Assembly: GCF_006345805.1 (NCBI RefSeq)
Contig: NW_021834035.1
Span: 1 to 25,842, forward strand
DNA from: Octopus sinensis
Taxonomy: Eukaryota
DNA: 25,842 bases
Reading direction: 5' to 3'
In this document: positions 22,536 through 25,842 of the stretch, one piece after another
How positions within the stretch are numbered: position 1 is the first letter of the stretch
How the letters are laid out: every line of letters begins with the position of its first letter
The notes under the pieces: generated by a model
What the model saw: only the letters and a program-made list of their open reading frames with translations
What the model was told of the DNA's origin: nothing
Database searches by the model: none
Translations under genes and position numbers: made by a program

Positions 22536-22927
22536 GAGGCGCAATGGCCCAGTGGTTAGGGCAGCGGACTCGCGGTCATAGGATCGCGGTTTCGATTCCC
22601 AGACCGGGCGTTGTGATTCCCAGACCGGGCGTTTATTGAGCGAAAACACCTAAAAGCTCCACGAGGCTCCGGCAGGGGATGGTGGTGATCCCTGCTGTAC
22701 TCTTTCACCACAACTTTCTCTCACTCTTACTTCCTGTTTCTGTTGTACCTGTATTTTCATAGGGCCGGCCTTGTCACTCTCTGTGTCACGTTGAATATCC
22801 CCGAGAACTACGTTAAGGGTGCACGTGTCTGTGGAGTGCTCAGCCACTTACACGTTAATTTCACGAGCAGGCTGTTCCGTTGATTCGGATCAACCGGAAC
22901 CCTCATCGTCGTAACCGACGAAGTGCT
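22536..22927 (+). mobile_element. tRNA-derived SINE family C, full length
   Basis: A box TGGCCCAGTGG and B-box-like GGTTTCGATTCC; 19-nt internal duplication; head matches 10935-11096. Confidence 0.88.
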
Positions 22928-23015
22928 TCCAAAAATTAATTCACTGTTTATAACACGTATAAGCAGACCTGATTGTGGATGTGTATCTATTTACATGTTA
23001 CTATTTATAGCTTTA

Positions 23016-23340
23016 GTGAAAGGCGCATGGTTCAGTGGTTAGAGCGTCGGGCTCACAAACATGAGGTAGTGAGTTCGATTCCCGGAACGGGCTGCGTGTT
23101 GTGTTGTTGAGCAAGACACTTTATGTCCCGTTGCTCCAGTTCACTCGGCTGTAGAAATGAGTTACGACGTCACTAGTGCCCAGCTGTATCGGCATTTGTC
23201 TTTCCCTTGGATAACATAGGTGGCGTGGAGAGGGGAGGCTGTTGGTCTTCTATAAATAAACTTGCCCAGACTTACTCCTCAGAGGGTAACTTTCTAGGTT
23301 CAATCCCATGGACATTCGTGACCGAAAGGGTCTTTTCCCT
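23016..23340 (+). mobile_element. SINE family D, full length with a 12-bp target-site duplication
   Basis: A box TGGTTCAGTGG and B box GAGTTCGATTCC. TTTATAGCTTTA flanks both sides (23004-23015 and 23341-23352). Confidence 0.92.
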
Positions 23341-23821
23341 TTTATAGCTTTATCTCTTGGAGTTACATATTACGAGAGGTAAAAATCTAACGTAATCCAA
23401 TTCTATAAACACAGGTGAAGGGAACTGTACCTCAAGGTGTGAGGAATTCCAAGAATGAGAAAGTACACTAACGTTTGAAAGGATTGGCTGGATACACGTG
23501 GGAGGGCAGATTTTTTTTTTCTTACTTTTCTTTTCTTTTTTTTTTTCAGTTCTTCCTCATTATATCTTTCAACTAACTCTACACCTGATTCCGAAGGACA
23601 GTCTCTGAAGCATCGTAGCAATGAATTATTTCCGTTTGTTTGTGCGACAAGGTAATTTTGCTCGTGAAATAAACTTATCTTTGTTTTCTGGGTGATTAGG
23701 GGTGACGCTGTTCTTCCATGTGTGCGTAAAGTGGAAACCCTTTGTGTGTCTGCATGTGTCTATGATTATCTATCTGTCTGTGTGTATATATGTACGTATA
23801 TATATATATGTATATATATAT

Positions 23822-23869
<48 letters not shown>

Positions 23870-23939
23870 TGTGGTGTGTGTATAGGGAGAATTTACGAAA
23901 AAAAAAAAAGACGAAGACAGGTGGTGTACAAAACAAACA

Positions 23940-24010
23940 GACGTATTAGTATAACGCTCAGGAATAGAAAAATTCTTTTATGTTTCGAGCCTATGCTCTT
24001 CTACAGAAAT
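23940..24010 (-). mobile_element. Second PLE-like fragment with a degenerate minimal hammerhead
   Basis: Minus strand TTT-CTGTAGA-A-GAGC-ATAG-GCTC-GAAAC-ATA-AAAG. Confidence 0.5.
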
Positions 24011-24012
24011 AT

Positions 24013-24065
24013 ATTTTTCTTCTCTAGTTTCAGCTCAGAGCTGCGGCCATGCTGATGCACCGCCG
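24013..24065 (-). mobile_element. Third variant of the shared LINE/SINE 3' tail
   Basis: Minus strand GGCGGTGCATCAGCATGGCCGCAGCTCTGAGCTGAAACTAG. Confidence 0.7.
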
Positions 24066-24211
24066 TTATATATATATATATATATTATATATATATATAA
24101 TTTAAATAATGAGGGTGATAAATTGAATATTAATTTAATTAACATCAATTTAAAACCAGTAGCCTAGCATATAGAAAAAATCTGAAAATTCAGAAAAATT
24201 GTAATACATGT

Positions 24212-24430
24212 GTATAAGGGATGACCACTAAGTGGACATCCAATATGCTAGAAGAAGACCACCTACGATCTACCACAAAGAAAAGAATGTTCTCTAGAAA
24301 AATTCAGCAAAACTTATGTTCTGGTGTTTGCTGAATTTTTCTAGAGAACATTCTTTTCTTTGTGGTTAGATGGTAGGTGATCTACTTCTAGCATATTGGA
24401 TGTCCACTTACTGGTCATCCCTTCTTATAC
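24212..24430. repeat. Long inverted repeat (fold-back): ~100-bp arms, 12-nt spacer
   Basis: 24212-24313 is the reverse complement of 24326-24430, apart from a handful of substitutions and indels. Confidence 0.95.
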
Positions 24431-24448
24431 GTATATATATATATATAG

Positions 24449-24480
<32 letters not shown>

Positions 24481-24503
24481 TATATATAGATATATAATAT
24501 ATA

Positions 24504-24542
<39 letters not shown>

Positions 24543-24544
24543 AG

Positions 24545-24817
24545 CAGGCGTGGCAGTGTGGTAAGAAGCTGCTTTCCAACCACATGGCTCCAGGCTCAGT
24601 CCCACTGCGTAGCACCTTGGGTGTCGCCTATTGTCGCCTTAGGCCCACCAAGCTCCTGTGAATGGATTTGACAGACAGACGGACTCTAAAAGAATAAGTA
24701 CTAGGCTTTTAAAAAAAATTATTCCTGGGGGCCGATTTGTTTGACTAAAACTCTCGAAGGCGGTGCTCCAGTATGACCATGGTCAAATGACTGAAACAAG
24801 TAAAAGAATAAAAGAAT
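24545..24817 (+). mobile_element. SINE family A with a large central deletion
   Basis: The head GGCGTGGCAGTGTGGTAAG joins directly to the AGAATAAGTACTAGGC...GGCGGTGCTCCAG tail ending TAAAAGAA x2. Confidence 0.82.
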
Positions 24818-24875
24818 AGAAGAATGTCTGTGTGTGTACTGGAAATCTGGAATGAGAATGAGAAACGAATATAAT

Positions 24876-25268
24876 CTCTTTTACTTGTTTCAGTCATTTG
24901 ACTGCGGCCATGCTGGAGCACCGCCTTTAGTCAAGCAAATCGACCCCGGGACTTATTCTTTGTAAGCCCAGTACTTATTCTATCGGTCTCTTTGCGAACC
25001 GCTAAGTGACGGGGACGTAAAAACACACCAGCAGGTTATCAAGCAATGCTAGGGGGACAAACACAGACACACAAACATACACACACATTACACACATAAA
25101 TATATATAACTATATACGGACAGGCTTCTTTCAGTTTCGTCTACCAAATCAACTCACAGGCATTGGTCGGCCCGGGGCTATAGCAGAAGACACTTGCCCA
25201 AGATGCCACGCAGTGGGACTGAACCCGGAACCATGTGGTTGGTTAGCAAGCTACTTACCACACAGCCA
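24876..25268 (-). mobile_element. SINE family A, full length
   Basis: Close match to 20436-20834 with scattered 1-nt indels. Confidence 0.92.
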
Positions 25269-25339
25269 ATCATTTAACTTTGATTAATAAAATCTATCCA
25301 GCTATAAATATTGTAAGGAAACCAAGACAACGATGCATA

Positions 25340-25677
25340 AATGGCAATAGACACAGAGAAAGAAGTAGACGAAAAAAAAAAGATGGCAGCAGAGAGCGGG
25401 GGGTGGGGTGGAGAAAGGAAAAATAAAGAAATATAAAACCAGGAGAGACAGTGAAAGATAAAGAAAGAGTACAAGAAGACACGGTGTGGTGAGAAAGAAG
25501 TGAGTGGGGAGGTTTCTTGTATGAAGCAGACCGTTCACTGACAAAAGATCCCGTAAGATACATTACGTAATGCTAAAAAAAACCATATTTTACGAGAGGG
25601 GAGTGTAATGAATGAAGGAGTAAAGAATATAAGTAAGCAACAGAAAGAAAGAGAGAGAGAGAGAGAAAGAAAGAGAG

Positions 25678-25709
<32 letters not shown>

Positions 25710-25842
25710 GGAGGAAGGGAGATAGGAAAAGGCTTATAACTGCAGATCCAAAAGATACAATAATGTAATTGAGAAAGCCGTACATTTACGTACATTTATG
25801 AGAGAGATCTGTAAAAGTAAAAGAGAAGGGCGTTAGGATGAT
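25340..25842. repeat. Purine-rich low-complexity tract including (GA)n/(GAAA)n at 25640-25710
   Basis: Seen directly. Confidence 0.75.

Overview
AT-rich, repeat-saturated animal genomic DNA. It is most likely from an octopus or other coleoid cephalopod: the SINEs resemble, from memory, the octopus tRNA-derived OK/OR families, and I could not run a search to confirm this. I found no intact protein-coding gene, and almost every ORF in the supplied track is a microsatellite translation artefact. The window holds (1) a degenerate DD34D mariner 3' half with its TIR and TA; (2) at least five tRNA-headed SINE-like families, labelled A-E here for convenience, in about 25 copies or fragments; (3) a 5-unit head-to-tail array of family B whose units alternate in type X-Y-X-Y-X; (4) relics of three LINE clades (R4/Dong-like RLE element, RTE 3' end, CR1/L2-group 3' end); (5) degenerate hammerhead-ribozyme-like motifs, two of them Penelope-type; (6) two long palindromes; and (7) extensive microsatellites. 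The strongest new-looking signal is a 3' tail shared by a LINE relic and two SINE-like tails, with a stem-loop showing compensatory base changes. Two weak + strand exon candidates and a promoter-like motif cluster are reported as inference only.
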